Positions 51,601 through 63,385 are shown, counted from the stretch's first letter. The stretch: DNA of 64,000 nt from Laetmonice hystrix (GCA_965235115.1 OZ249442.1:5146001-5210000), one strand, 5' to 3'. A program made the numbers and translations. Notes: a model not told the origin generated them from the sequence alone.

Positions 51601-54600
51601 GTGGGCCGATATTGTGATCTGTAGTTTGGAAGGTTGGGCCGATATTGTGATCTGTAGTTGGGGAGGGTGGGCCGATATTGTGATCTGTAGTTTGGAAGGT
51701 TGGGCCGATATTGTGATCTGTAGTTTGGAAGGTTGGGCCGATATTGTGATCTGTAGTTGGGGAGGGTGGGCCGATATTTTGATCTGTAGTTTGGAAGGGT
51801 GGGCCGATATTGTAATCTGTAGTTGGGGAGGTTGGGCCGATATTGTGATCTGTAGTTTGGAAGGTTGGGCCGATATTGTGATCTGTAGTTTGGAAGGTTG
51901 GGCCGATATTGTGATCTGTAGTTGGGGAGGGTGGGCCGATATTTTGATCTGTAGTTTGGAAGGGTGGGCCGATATTGTGATCTGTAGTTTGGAAGGGTGG
52001 GCCGATATTTTGACCTGTAGTTTGGAAGGGTGGGCCGATATTGTGATCTGTAGTTGGGGAGGGTGGGCCGATATTGTGATCTGTAGTTTGGAAGGTTGGG
52101 CCGATATTGTGATCTGTAGTTGGGGAGGGTGGGCCGATATTGTGATCTGTAGTTTGGAAGGTTGGGCCGATATTGTGATCTGTAGTTTGGAAGGTTGGGC
52201 CGATATTGTGATCTGTAGTTGGGGAGGGTGGGCCGATATTTTGATCTGTAGTTTGGAAGGGTGGGCCGATATTGTAATCTGTAGTTGGGGAGGTTGGGCC
52301 GATATTGTGATCTGTAGTTTGGAAGGTTGGGCCGATATTGTGATCTGTAGTTTGGAAGGTTGGGCCGATATTGTGATCTGTAGTTGGGGAGGGTGGGCCG
52401 ATATTTTGATCTGTAGTTTGGAAGGGTGGGCCGATATTGTGATCTGTAGTTTGGAAGGGTGGGCCGATATTTTGACCTGTAGTTTGGAAGGGTGGGCCGA
52501 TATTGTGATCTGTAGTTTGGAAGGGTGGGCGGATATTGTGATCTGTAGTTTGGAAGGGTGGGCGGATATTGTGATCTGTAGTTTGGAAGGGTGGGCGGAT
52601 ATTGTAATCTGTAGCCACGTACGAGAGTCTTGTCAGTTTTGGGAGCAAAGGAAAACATGCGTTCAGAAATAAAGAAAGAAAGAAAGAAAGAAAGATAGAA
52701 AGAAAGACCTAACGAAAACTACCATTTCAGGAATGATATAGCATAAACGCATAGATCCTGGGGGTGGTGGATGCATCCCACCCCCTTCAGACAAGATGAG
52801 GCTGCTGTAATGACCCCCCCCCCTCTATTTTTAGGACCAGTTAGACCAGTTCAGTGGTAACAGTGAATCTATAATAATATAATATCTATAATAAGCTTAT
52901 TTAGTTATAACGATTATTCCGATTTCTAGATTTATAAACAAAACACTTTTCACAACACTTAGTTTGCCTTTGTCATGACTATACTACAGTTTTCAGAGAT
53001 AAAGTATTGATTACCCTACTCTATGACGTCATGTTACCATACCAACCCCCTATACAGTGACAACAAATCTACGCCAGTTAAGTGTAGGCTTAGCAAAGCT
53101 GTGGCGGGTAGTTCATATACAATCAAACCTCATAAATCCGCAAACCTCATAACTCCGCAACCCTCATAAATCCACAACCCTCATGAATCCCCAACACTTA
53201 TAAATTACATGTACATGTACATTATGTGTTGTGTTGTCCTGGTAGTCGTGTTTGTGATGTCCTGTATGTGCATGTAAAGTGTTTGGTAGTCCTGGTAGTC
53301 CTGTTGTCATGTCGTGTATGTACATGTAAATGTGTTTTAATGTCCTCATGGTAGTCCTGTTGTCATGTCGTGTATGTACATGTAAATGTGTTTTACTGTC
53401 CTGGTAGTCCTGTTGTCATGTCGTGTATGTACATGTAAATGTGTTTTACTGTCCTGGTAGTCATGTCGTGTATGTACATGTAAATGTCTTTTGTTGTCCT
53501 GGTAGTCCTGTTTTTCATGTCCTGTATGTTCATGTAGATTTGTTTTGCTGTTCTGATAGTCCTGTTCTGTATGTATAAATATAACTTGATGTTAAAAATT
53601 TAAAAAAATATATATAAAAAATAATAATAATAAATCCGCACACCTCATAAATCCACAACCCTCATAAATCCGCAACCCTCATAAATCCGCAACCCTCATA
53701 AATCCGCAACCCTCATAAATCCGCAACCCTCATAATCCGAACACACATTCTGGTACCGTCTTCTCCCGTTCTGTATATAAACCGATCCAGTAATCCGGAT
53801 GTTTCACGATGAGAACACATAACAGTGGTTACCAATCTGTTCCGATAGACGAGACCTTACTCTGTATGGTGACGGGTACGTGTGTGAGTCTATACGAACC
53901 TGCCTTCCATGTCCACGATCATTATCCTATCAGCAACGTTATCGGAATGCGATACCGAGACACTTGAAAACTGCTTCGTAGGCGATGTCAGCTAAAATAA
54001 AAGGCTTCTTGTTTACATTAGTCGATGGAAGGTACACATGATAAGGTGTAGATATAAATTCGAGGAGTCCGCGTCATAATCGGGCTAGGAATAATAGTTT
54101 CAGACCCAATAGGGCAATACTATAAGGTGAGAAATTTAGCGGAACGACATCCTTGACANNNNNNNNNNNNNNNNNNNNNNNNNNNNNNNNNNNNNNNNNN
54201 NNNNNNNNNNNNNNNNNNNNNNNNNNNNNNNNNNNNNNNNNNNNNNNNNNNNNNNNNNNNNNNNNNNNNNNNNNNNNNNNNNNNNNNNNNNNNNNNNNNN
54301 NNNNNNNNNNNNNNNNNNNNNNNNGAGACGGGGAGACACAGACGGGGAGACACAGGGAGAGACAGAGTGAGACAGTGAGACAGAGACAGAGAGAGACGGG
54401 GAGAGACAGAGAGACGGGGAGATAGTGACAGAGAGAGAGAGAGCGACAGAGAGACAGAGACAGAGGGAGAGAAACAGTGAGACGGGGAGACACAGGGAGA
54501 GACAGAGTGAGACAGAGTGATACAGTGAGACAGACAGAGAGAGACGGGGAGAGACAGAGAGACGGGGAGACAGTGACAGAGAGAGAGAGAGAAGGAGAGA

Positions 54601-55035
54601 GAGAGAGAGAGAGAGGCGGGGAGAGACAGAGAGAGACAGATAGGTGGGGGACAAAAAGAGACAGAGACAGGCGGGGAGACAGAATTAGAGACAGCGATTG
54701 AGACAGAGAGAGACAGACAGGTGGAGACAGAATTAGAGACAGAGACAGAGAGAGACAGGGAGACAGAAAGAGACAGGGCAGACGGAGAGACAGAAAGAGA
54801 CAGACAGAAAGAGACAGACAGAGAGGGGAGTACACAAGTAATTGTTCAGGCTGAGTTTTGGTTGGGAACGTTAATGTCTTGCCACCGAATTCCGTGGAGA
54901 ATTTACCATCGGGGATCTTCCGAGTTTTTTTTCTCAAGTATATCCGTTAAAGTGGCCATTGGATCCAGGAATCCAGAAACACCTTCAGCCTTCCAAAACC
55001 ACGGGAAGAAATGTTCAATCAAGTATCGTTTACAG
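48599..55035 (-). CDS. Candidate exons of an unidentified minus-strand gene
   Basis: Best exon is 55035-54907 (ccctttag|..CKRYLIEHFFPWFWKAEGVSGFLDPMATLTDILEKKNSEDPR|gtaaat). Further AG/GT-bounded open segments lie at ~53986-53900, 50060-49959 and 48766-48599. The frame chain is ambiguous and an N gap interrupts it. Confidence 0.3.
50063..52614. repeat. 33-bp minisatellite, ~77 copies
   Basis: Unit GTGATCTGTAGTTTGGAAGGGTGGGCCGATATT with no indels. Contains an internal 14-unit (462-bp) block duplication. Confidence 0.98.
53125..53740. repeat. Composite array: 17-bp repeat interrupted by a ~53-bp repeat
   Basis: (AAATCCGCAACCCTCAT)n at 53125-53195 and 53631-53740 flanks ~6 copies of TGTCCTGGTAGTCCTGTTGTCATGTCGTGTATGTACATGTAAATGTGTTTTAC. 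Confidence 0.88.
54159..54324. other. Assembly gap (166 N)
   Basis: Run of N. Confidence 1.
54325..54830. repeat. (GA)n / GAGAC purine-rich low-complexity tract
   Basis: Degenerate GAGACA/GAGA repeats abutting the gap. Confidence 0.95.
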
Positions 55036-56038
55036 CTAAAGGGATAAATTCACGAAGCTAAAGGCCAATGCATGAAGTAGATACGCTCAGATGTACTGAA
55101 TGACCCGGTCGCACTGGTGGGTAACGGGTATGGGCCTCATAAACTACATTAGGGTCTATAAACTGTAGATCTAGACATCTTTCTGCATACAGTTTTCCCA
55201 TCTATAAGAACATTATACTTGCATGTATGCGTATATACTACCGTGTTACATATAGATGCTATACTGTACAGAAGATTTGTAGCTACTTCGCCGCCTACAT
55301 TCTTTGTGAAACCACAACTTTCGAGTCGAACCAACTCCGGCCGGCCGGCTCGCAATTGCACTATTATACACGATAGTTTGCAATTATGCGGTCGTTCCAT
55401 TCTAACGTTAGTGTCGACTTTGCTGTAACAAAAAAAATAGATGTAAGAGGAATCCTAACTAAACAAGTACTGCTAAATCGATCCTTTCTAAAACTGCTCA
55501 TGACGAAATGCTTAAAATGACAAAACATCAGTGGAGATATGCAATGCTGGCGGCAGGTATTCATAAAACCGACAGAGTTTGTATAAAAACCTCGGTTTCC
55601 AGCAGCGTGTTTCACAGAGTATGATCCACGCTTGAGCTGATTCTAATAACGTAAAGCAAGTAGAAGTTTGGCACCTGGTTGGTGCGCAGCTAGGGGTGGC
55701 TTTCCTGTGCTCAGACGACGTCGTCTCGAACAACATCACATCTAGGTTATGACCGTAAATCAAGTCATTTGGTCCACTCAACTATATCTAAACCAGTCAC
55801 AATACCACGGCAGAACTAGGCTAATTCAAGTAATAAAAATAAAAAGGGAGAACAAAGTGAAACGAAGGAGCTGGAAGGGTAAAAACTAAAGATATATTAA
55901 ACTATAGAGTAAAACAGAACTACACGCATAGATATTGATCTCCTTACATCCGTGCTGATCACAGTTTGAATGGGCATCATTCCCTGCATGATTCCTTTCT
56001 TTCATGGAACTTTTTTTTGATCCATGCATGCAGTATTT

Positions 56039-56327
56039 CTGCCATCCAAAAGTGTTTGCCCACCGTGCAGACCAGTAGCAGTAATTAAAAATAAACTACC
56101 GGAGACCCATTGGACTGCTTAAAAAAATATATATTTAGGACCCATTTATTGAGTCATTATCTCATTTTAATTAAAAACTTCATTACTTCTACATGACACT
56201 ACACACGTACACACGCACCCCCACACCCCAACACACATGCTTAATTTTATAACCCAGCAGTCCAATGGGTCCCTGGTATAGTTTACTGCTACTGGTCGGC
56301 ATGGTGGGCAAATATTTTGGATGGCAG
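56039..56327. mobile_element. Inverted-repeat (foldback/MITE-like) element
   Basis: Arm 56039-56119 (GCCATCCAAAA..TTTGCCCACC..GACCAGTAGCAGTAA..GACCCATTGGACTGCT) is the imperfect reverse complement of 56256-56327. Confidence 0.7.
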
Positions 56328-56365
56328 TATGTCCACCGGAAACTAGCTGGCATATTGCACGACGC

Positions 56366-57326
56366 GTTTAAAAGATAGTCGTAGATGGCGCTGACTGGGT
56401 CATATTGCGTGTTCCACAACAAGATGTTTAAAAGATAGTCGTAGATGGCGCTGACTGGGTCATATTGGGTGTTCAACAACAAGGTGTTTAAAAGATAGTC
56501 GTAGATGGCGCTGACTGCGTCATATTGGGTGTTCCACAACAAGATGTTTAAAAGATAGTCGTAGATGGCGCTGACTGGGTCATATTGCGTGTTCCACGGG
56601 GAGATGTTTAAAAGATAGTCGTAGATGGCGCTGACTGGGTCATATTGGGTGTTCCACAACAAGATGTTTAAAAGATAGTCGTAGATGGCGCTGACTGGGT
56701 CATATTGCGTGTTCCACAACAAGATGTTTAAAAGATAGTCGTAGATGGCGCTGACTGGGTCATATTGGGTGTTCAACAACAAGGTGTTTAAAAGATAGTC
56801 GTAGATGGCGCTGACTGGGTCATATTGGGTGTTCAACAACAAGATGTTTAAAAGATAGTCGTAGATGGCGCTGACTGGGTCATATTGGGTGTTCCACGGG
56901 GAGATGTTTAAAAGATAGTCGTAGATGGCGCTGACTGGGTCATATTGGGTGTTCAACAACAAGATGTTTAAAAGATAGTCGTAGATGGCGCGGACTGGGT
57001 CATATTGCGTGTTCCACGGGGAGATGTTTAAAAGATAGTCGTAGATGGCGCTGACTGGGTCATATTGCGTGTTCCACGGGGAGATGTTTAAAAGATAGTC
57101 GTAGATGGCGCTGACTGGGTCATATTGCGTGTTCCACGGGGAGATGTTTAAAAGATAGTCGTAGATGGCGCTGACTGGGTCATATTGCGTGTTCAACAAC
57201 AAGATGTTTAAAAGATAGTCGTAGATGGCGCTGACTGGGTCATATTGCGTGTTCAACAACAAGATGTTTAAAAGATAGTCGTAGATGGCGCTGACTGGGT
57301 CATATTGCGTGTTCAACAACAAGATG
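56366..57326. repeat. 60-bp minisatellite, 16 copies
   Basis: Unit GTTTAAAAGATAGTCGTAGATGGCGCTGACTGGGTCATATTG(C/G)GTGTTC(C/A)ACAACAAGAT; the alignment is visible line to line. Confidence 0.98.
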
Positions 57327-58589
57327 CTTTGCCCCTTCCACACAATGAGTACTCTCTGACACTTGCATAATGGACAAGAGCTCAAATTATTTTATACGGC
57401 ACATTGTTGGCCCATCTGATGGGTGATATGGTAACGCCCGAACGCCTATCCCTTTCCGCGTTAATTTGCGTTGTCTGGATCAGCGCCAAGCCAGCCCGCA
57501 GGGCAGTTCGGTCAAAAAAATAGTGTGCGTTTTATGTCCAGACTTACAGCCGCAAGAAATTGGACGCCTTATAGGGCCGTGACAGTGGGAGGCAATGTGT
57601 ACAGCACATTGTATCTTTAATACCACAGCTTGTGAGTTTTCAACTTGAAGACTTTTTTTCTTCATCATCTTCTTTGAAAAATTCGGACAGGTAGTAACGG
57701 CATGGTAATATTATCCTCGAAAAGGACCAGCCAATTAAATTTCAACAGGCCTGCAGTGCTACGCAGTCAGGAGAATGAGAGATTTTGTTTGGTTTGTTTG
57801 GTTTGTGTGTACGTCGTATCGGCAGCGGTTGCGCATGGCTCATAGGTCCATGATATTTCACAAAACACCCAAAATTGTGGACCTTTCTTTCCGACATATG
57901 ACTCCCAAATTCTGGACCTTTTGGGGTTATCAAAATTTAAGGGGGGTTGGCAATGCTCCCCCCCCCTGCCCCCTGATAAAAATATTCCTGAGGAGACACT
58001 GGTACACCGGGACGACGTCCAGCTCATATCGAGAAGTGGTAAGGTTTTATGTGCCACACTGCATGGAGCAAACAGTACCCGGGAGCACTCAGGGGACGAA
58101 GATTCAAGTGGAGAATTCCAGTTGAGTAAAGAGTACGCTGCAATTCTACCCATTGAAAGGATTTCAATGTCTCATGAACAGATTTACTAGACGATGGTCT
58201 AGACTCTAGAATGTCTTTAATTTAGTCATTCAGACATTTAGATTAATGTATACCTGCTTGTCTTACCCCCCTCAGGCCGGTTGCCAAGTGAATATAGTGA
58301 CTAGACATTCCGGTTTCCTGATTCTCCGTATTTTAGTTTTTTAGTCTGCTTCACAGTCGTGGTGAGAAAACATCAAAGAGCAATCTATCCCCGGAGACAG
58401 ATGACCTTATACCAAAATCAGGTATCAGAGCCACACCCTGTATAGTCGCTGGTCACTGACAAAGACCGGAATGTTAAGGACAAGTGCTAGTGTGAGGCCA
58501 AAAAAAAAATTTGAGACAGATTTTTTTTAAATTTTGCAGATAAACAGAGTATGTTGTCCTCTTTCAAAATTCTGCAAAAAAATGATACC

Positions 58590-58735
58590 TAGTTTGACTG
58601 AGATGAGTTGATACCCCCCTCTAGTTTGACTGAGTTGAGTTGATACCCCCGCTAGTTTGACCGGGTGAGTTGATACACCCCTCTACTTTGACCGGGTTTG
58701 GTTGATACCCCCTCTAGCTTGGCCGGGTGAGGGGA
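58590..58735. repeat. ~32-bp degenerate tandem repeat, ~4-5 copies
   Basis: TAGTTTGAC(T/C)G(A/G)G..GAGTTGATACCCCC(T)C. Confidence 0.8.
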
Positions 58736-58857
58736 TACATTATCTCTCATTATCCTTAGCGGGCCGTATGTTTATACCGTTAAGAGGACCTTTCATATAT
58801 AATTGCCCAAAGTGATTGGTATCGCTGCGATGAACAGAATGAGTTCAGACGAGACGA

Positions 58858-59045
58858 ATGAACACATTCTCTGACGGTCTAATGTATATGATCACTGCTG
58901 AACACATTCTCTGACGGTCTAATGTATATGATCACTGCTGAACACATTCTCTGACGGTCTAATGTATATGATCACTGCTGAACACATTCTCTGACGGTCT
59001 AATGTATATGATCACTGTTGAACACATTCTCTGACGGTCTAATGT
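58858..59045. repeat. 40-bp minisatellite, ~4.7 copies
   Basis: Unit GAACACATTCTCTGACGGTCTAATGTATATGATCACTGCT. Confidence 0.95.
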
Positions 59046-59490
59046 ATGATCTTGGTGATTTTAGTTTGCCGTAAACATTATAGGGCAATGAAATGAGATC
59101 TGTGGTTACGGGTGATGTCACGGGGAAAATACTTGGGGTGGAATAAAGCGAGGATAGACACAAAGTTGGCCTGCAGGTAAAGCTCGACGTTTTTAATACT
59201 ATCTGTAACAACGTACTATTGCTGAGGTAAAGCGGCATCTGATTGGGAATGGGGGGGGGGGGGGCGACAAGACTATGTGGCTGGGAGAGAGCGGCTTGTG
59301 TAGCCTATAGATATACATATGGACGTTTATAATAGTGAAGTAAGTCCTGATCTGTTACAAATTTTGTCGTGGTCTTTCTCTAGTAGACTTATAATCAGGC
59401 ATATAATCAGTCAGTTGGAGGTTTTACACCATAACAAAAGGTGTCACTCTATGTGGTCACACACGGATTACGTGTGTACATGTGTTACAA

Positions 59491-60008
59491 GGACTTGCTG
59501 GTGACGTCATCGCACGTCACGTGACTGTGCTCAGCCAATGATGTCACGGTATTACATTCACTCCATGTTACCAGGTGACGAAACATGACGAGATATATAT
59601 CTGACTATTCCAAACTTCTAACCTAATCCCATCCACTTGTCCCGGCCCCAGATCTTAAACATTTTAACAAATATAATAATTAAAAACAAACTATCCCTAG
59701 CCCGACCCCTAACACCCCCAATTTCGCATGAATGTGACCCTTTGGTTGGTACGAATGCGGAAGTAGACTAGCCTCCCTCGAGACATTCATCACTTGTGTC
59801 CTTGTGTCTGAACTGGAAACGAAAGAAAATTGTTAATAACAACCAGGGACCTTTAATTACGTGCTGCTCCACGACTAAAGCAATGGATCATGCACGGTAG
59901 ACCTACAGTGTTTTACCGACCGATACATGTCCGTGATGCGTGGCCTTATACCGTGCCACCATTGGCTGAGCACAGTCACGTGATGTGCGATGACGTCACC
60001 AGCAATCC
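59491..60008. mobile_element. Inverted-repeat element with ~50-bp TIRs and a CTAACC-like interior
   Basis: GGACTTGCTGGTGACGTCATCGCACGTCACGTGACTGTGCTCAGCCAATG pairs with CATTGGCTGAGCACAGTCACGTGATGTGCGATGACGTCACCAGCAATCC. Confidence 0.8.
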
Positions 60009-60188
60009 TCCTATAAACTATTTAAAGCGTAGAGCCCTAGTATATAGTAGTCACGAGGGAGACAAATCATGGTGACCCGAGAAAGAAGAGACAAGGCCAC
60101 TCGTAGTCCTATATGCAGTTAAATAATTGGCATATTATGAACCTGTTGGCTATGATGACCGACTTTACCTATTGTCGCACACAAACTC

Positions 60189-60475
60189 GAGGTTCCCACA
60201 CGTTGGCTATATTGAAATTTCATGGCTTTTCCAGACCAAAATTCCCTAATTTCATGACCGATTCCGGATAAAATTAACAAAATACACTAAAATCCAAGAA
60301 TTGTCCACGAGTATGTTTTATCGAAGTTTACAATTGGTCTAACAGAAAGAAACATATGGTTCAAAAGAAATTTAAAATTCCATGACTTTCCCTCATTTTT
60401 CTATTTTCCACGACTTTTCCAGGCCTAGAAAAACAAATGTTATTTTCCATGAATTTTCATGACTGTGAGACCCTT
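60189..60475. mobile_element. hAT-like MITE (degenerate)
   Basis: Ends GAGGTTCCCACA / TGTGAGACCCTT with multiple TT(T/C)CATGAC subterminal motifs. Confidence 0.5.
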
Positions 60476-61275
60476 GACACTAGGCCAATATCATGTACGG
60501 CTGGGACGCGCGTGAGTGGAGGGCCACCTATAAATAGCGAGCAAGCTGGTAGACACAAGGGACAGCGAGTCGGAATGGCACCCTCTCTCTCTATGATGAT
60601 CCTGAGGACAATATACAGGGATTTGGTGATTCCTAAACCTCTTGTAAACTACTAACTTATGGAGTATAAGTGAAAGGATAGATAATAAACGCACAATTCG
60701 AAATAATAATTGCCATCCGCCAGAGACTAACGTTACTTGTCATGTTGTCACATAGGGGAGTCTATAACTAAATGTGAACTTTTAACTGCAGAGAAAACGG
60801 TGACTCACGTACTGTTCCAGCTGTAGCTCGGCAGTGGACATAATGAAATCAGCAGCGTAGGTTTTGTAGAGTAGTTTTCATTAAGTGGTATGCCCTATAT
60901 GGTTTGATTTAGTGTAAATCGAAAATTGGTAGGCTAATACTTTGTAATGCATTTAGAGGGGTTATAGGGTTATAATTTTGAGGATAGGCCGTTCTGGTCG
61001 GTTCCAGCTGTCACGTGACGTAATTACATCCTGTATATGAGATCTCCTACCCGTGTGTATGGAGGATATAATCTACAACTGCATGTCGCCTATACTACAA
61101 TAATGCGGAAATACAGGCTCCATGTGCACGTCCTCATCCACCTACACATGTACAGGAACGCCAACCGACAACTGTAAACTCCTAGTCCCATGTTCTCGAC
61201 CATTACTTTCAAAATCGGTCTACATGTGTAGGCGTAATAATATAGGGGGGTATGTAGTATATGCTATACTACATA

Positions 61276-61449
61276 CAGGCGCAGATCCAAGGGGGTGGGG
61301 GGGGGGGGCGGAAACCGACTTTTCTTTTAATCTCATAAAACTTTCTGAATTTCTTAATTGACCATGCCCCCCCCCTCCTCTTAGCAAAACATCCCTCTTT
61401 TTACCCCCCCCCCCCCCCCCCACTTTCGAAAGTCCTCGATCTGCCCCTG
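61276..61449. mobile_element. hAT-like MITE
   Basis: Ends CAGGCGCAGATC / GATCTGCCCCTG with poly-G/poly-C subtermini; resembles the 42443 element. Confidence 0.6.
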
Positions 61450-61951
61450 ATTAATACATATAGGCCTACTATGTGGTATATAAATTCTTTAAAGAACCTA
61501 TAATTAATTACGCCTATGCCTATCTGAAAGTGAAGAGAGTCTATGCATAACACCACATGTCTATTTATAAAAACCCTCTTGGCGGCGCGAAGATAGATCT
61601 AAAGGTCTACTATTATGAGTGAGCCAACCTAGAGAGGTTTGACAACTGGGTCAGAGTAGCTCGGGTATGTCCGAGGTCAGTTCCGGGATCACGCCCCAAA
61701 CAGGGAAGGAACATTGTGCAAACCAACTGTTTGGCCGACTCACAACAATAGCACTCCGGTCGTCTCTCTGAAACATATAACGGAGTTTACGTCAGTGCGT
61801 ACAGCCTAGACGGAGTTAGTGGTTCGTCCGTTATGTCCTGCTCATGCAGCCATGCGTGACCATGGATAGATCTACATTCGCCAAATGTTAACCGCATGGA
61901 GCGTATACATATTAAATAGGCATATATCATGCTAACGGCAACATACAGCGG

Positions 61952-62609
61952 GGGACACACTGTCACTGGCGCGGAAGAAATTTACACTCGCGCGAGCGAA
62001 TTTAGTACATTCGTACGCGAATTCGCTAAAACTTTCGCCCGCGTGTAGGGGCGCGGAAGCAGCCCACACAGGACGCGAACGATTTTTTTAGGTGGACGGA
62101 AATTATGCTCACACTTTTTTCATTCATTTATTTATACTGGGGAATTTTCGGTATAAGATACCGGTTTTCAAAACTGCCCATGCAGTCCATGCAAAACTGC
62201 CCTGAGGTAAATGCTGGTGTTCCATTTGGTCCCCGAAACCTTATTTGCCGTGTATGTTTACCCTCCCTTTAACTGTTATATATGCGATGAGGAGAAAAAC
62301 GACCTGGCAGAGGGGATTTCTCGCAAAAAGGGGCGAGAGGGGCACGACGAGAGGGGGGCACCAAATAAATTGGCACCATGCATGGTGGAAACAAATATGT
62401 TATCCTCAAAGGAGGGTGGAAATAAATCAAATGTTGTTACAAGTCAAAAGTAAAGATTGATTACAGGCGATTCCGCATAGGCACATGTTTCCGCACGCGT
62501 GATCAGAACACACTGGCGCGGATGTATATATATACATGCGGAAGTGCACTTTCCGCGCGCCGATACATTTTTTTCCGCCTGTCCTAAAATTTTCGCGTCA
62601 GTGTGTCCC
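61952..62609. mobile_element. MITE containing a truncated Kolobok-like arm (62198-62272)
   Basis: Ends GGGACACACTG..GCGCGGAAGAAATTT / AAAATTTTCGCGTCAGTGTGTCCC. The internal 75 bp match the right TIR of the 9196 and 62613 elements and end in CCCTTTAA. Confidence 0.55.
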
Positions 62610-62612
62610 TAG

Positions 62613-63084
62613 TTAAAGGCAGGGACCACACCCACGGCAAATAAGGTTTCGCAGACCAAATGAAACACCAGCATTTACCTTAGGGCAATAAATGCCACAA
62701 TTACGTTGTCTGAATGATGTACATGTAATTAACATGTAACCGCCCGATATGTGACGCCGCTGGTTCTTACCTTGACCTTCATGTGTGTTCATTGGAGCCG
62801 AATGCTGCACACCGCGGCGTATTGCGTAACATTACGTGTTACTCTGCTCACAGACCTTGTCTACACGATGTTTGGAGTCCCAGTCTTTGTAAATGTTTGT
62901 AAACGTCCGAGGACACACAAGCAGGGCAAGGTAAAAACCAGCGGCGTCACACATCGGGCGGTTACACGTTAATTACTTCATTCAGACAACGTAATGGTGG
63001 CATTTATTGCCCTGAGGTAAATGCTGGTGTTTCATTCGGTCTATACGAAACCTTATTTGCCGTAGGTGTTTTCCATCCCTTTAA
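62613..63084. mobile_element. Kolobok-like MITE (copy 2)
   Basis: TTAA|AGG...CCCT|TTAA, colinear with and highly similar to 9196-9664. Confidence 0.8.
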
Positions 63085-63385
63085 TTTAGCATGCCCTGTA
63101 CAATGACTGCATATGATTACAGGAACGCATGCAGAAACTACTTTTACCGCTCTAAACGCAAAGCCATAATATAATAACTGCCCACTTTAAGGCCTGTCTA
63201 TAGGCCTACCGCTGGCTGCCTGCCTACCTACCGACTTATAGATCTATACATTCTGTACGTACGTTGGCCCCATATCTGAGTCTGCGCGGGGTATAAGCCA
63301 AGGCAACAGACATGTGTGCAGCTTCGACATTTAAACCGATCTTCTTGTGCATGTTGTGGTCTACTGTCACGATTGAAGTGCATAA

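Noticed and set aside
50063-52672. 869-aa + strand ORF (ICSLEGWADIV)n and 872-aa minus ORF (PTLPNYRSQYR)n
   Set aside because: Expected from a stop-free 33-bp unit; no unique domain and no synonymous bias.
54074-55047. ORFs across the N gap and GA-rich tract
   Set aside because: Artefacts of Ns and low complexity.
56189-57385. 398-aa ORF with a YDPVSAIYDYLL motif resembling an AMPK-related kinase UBA helix
   Set aside because: No kinase exons were found nearby, and the ORF's C-terminal part is one arm of an inverted repeat, so the resemblance is likely chance.
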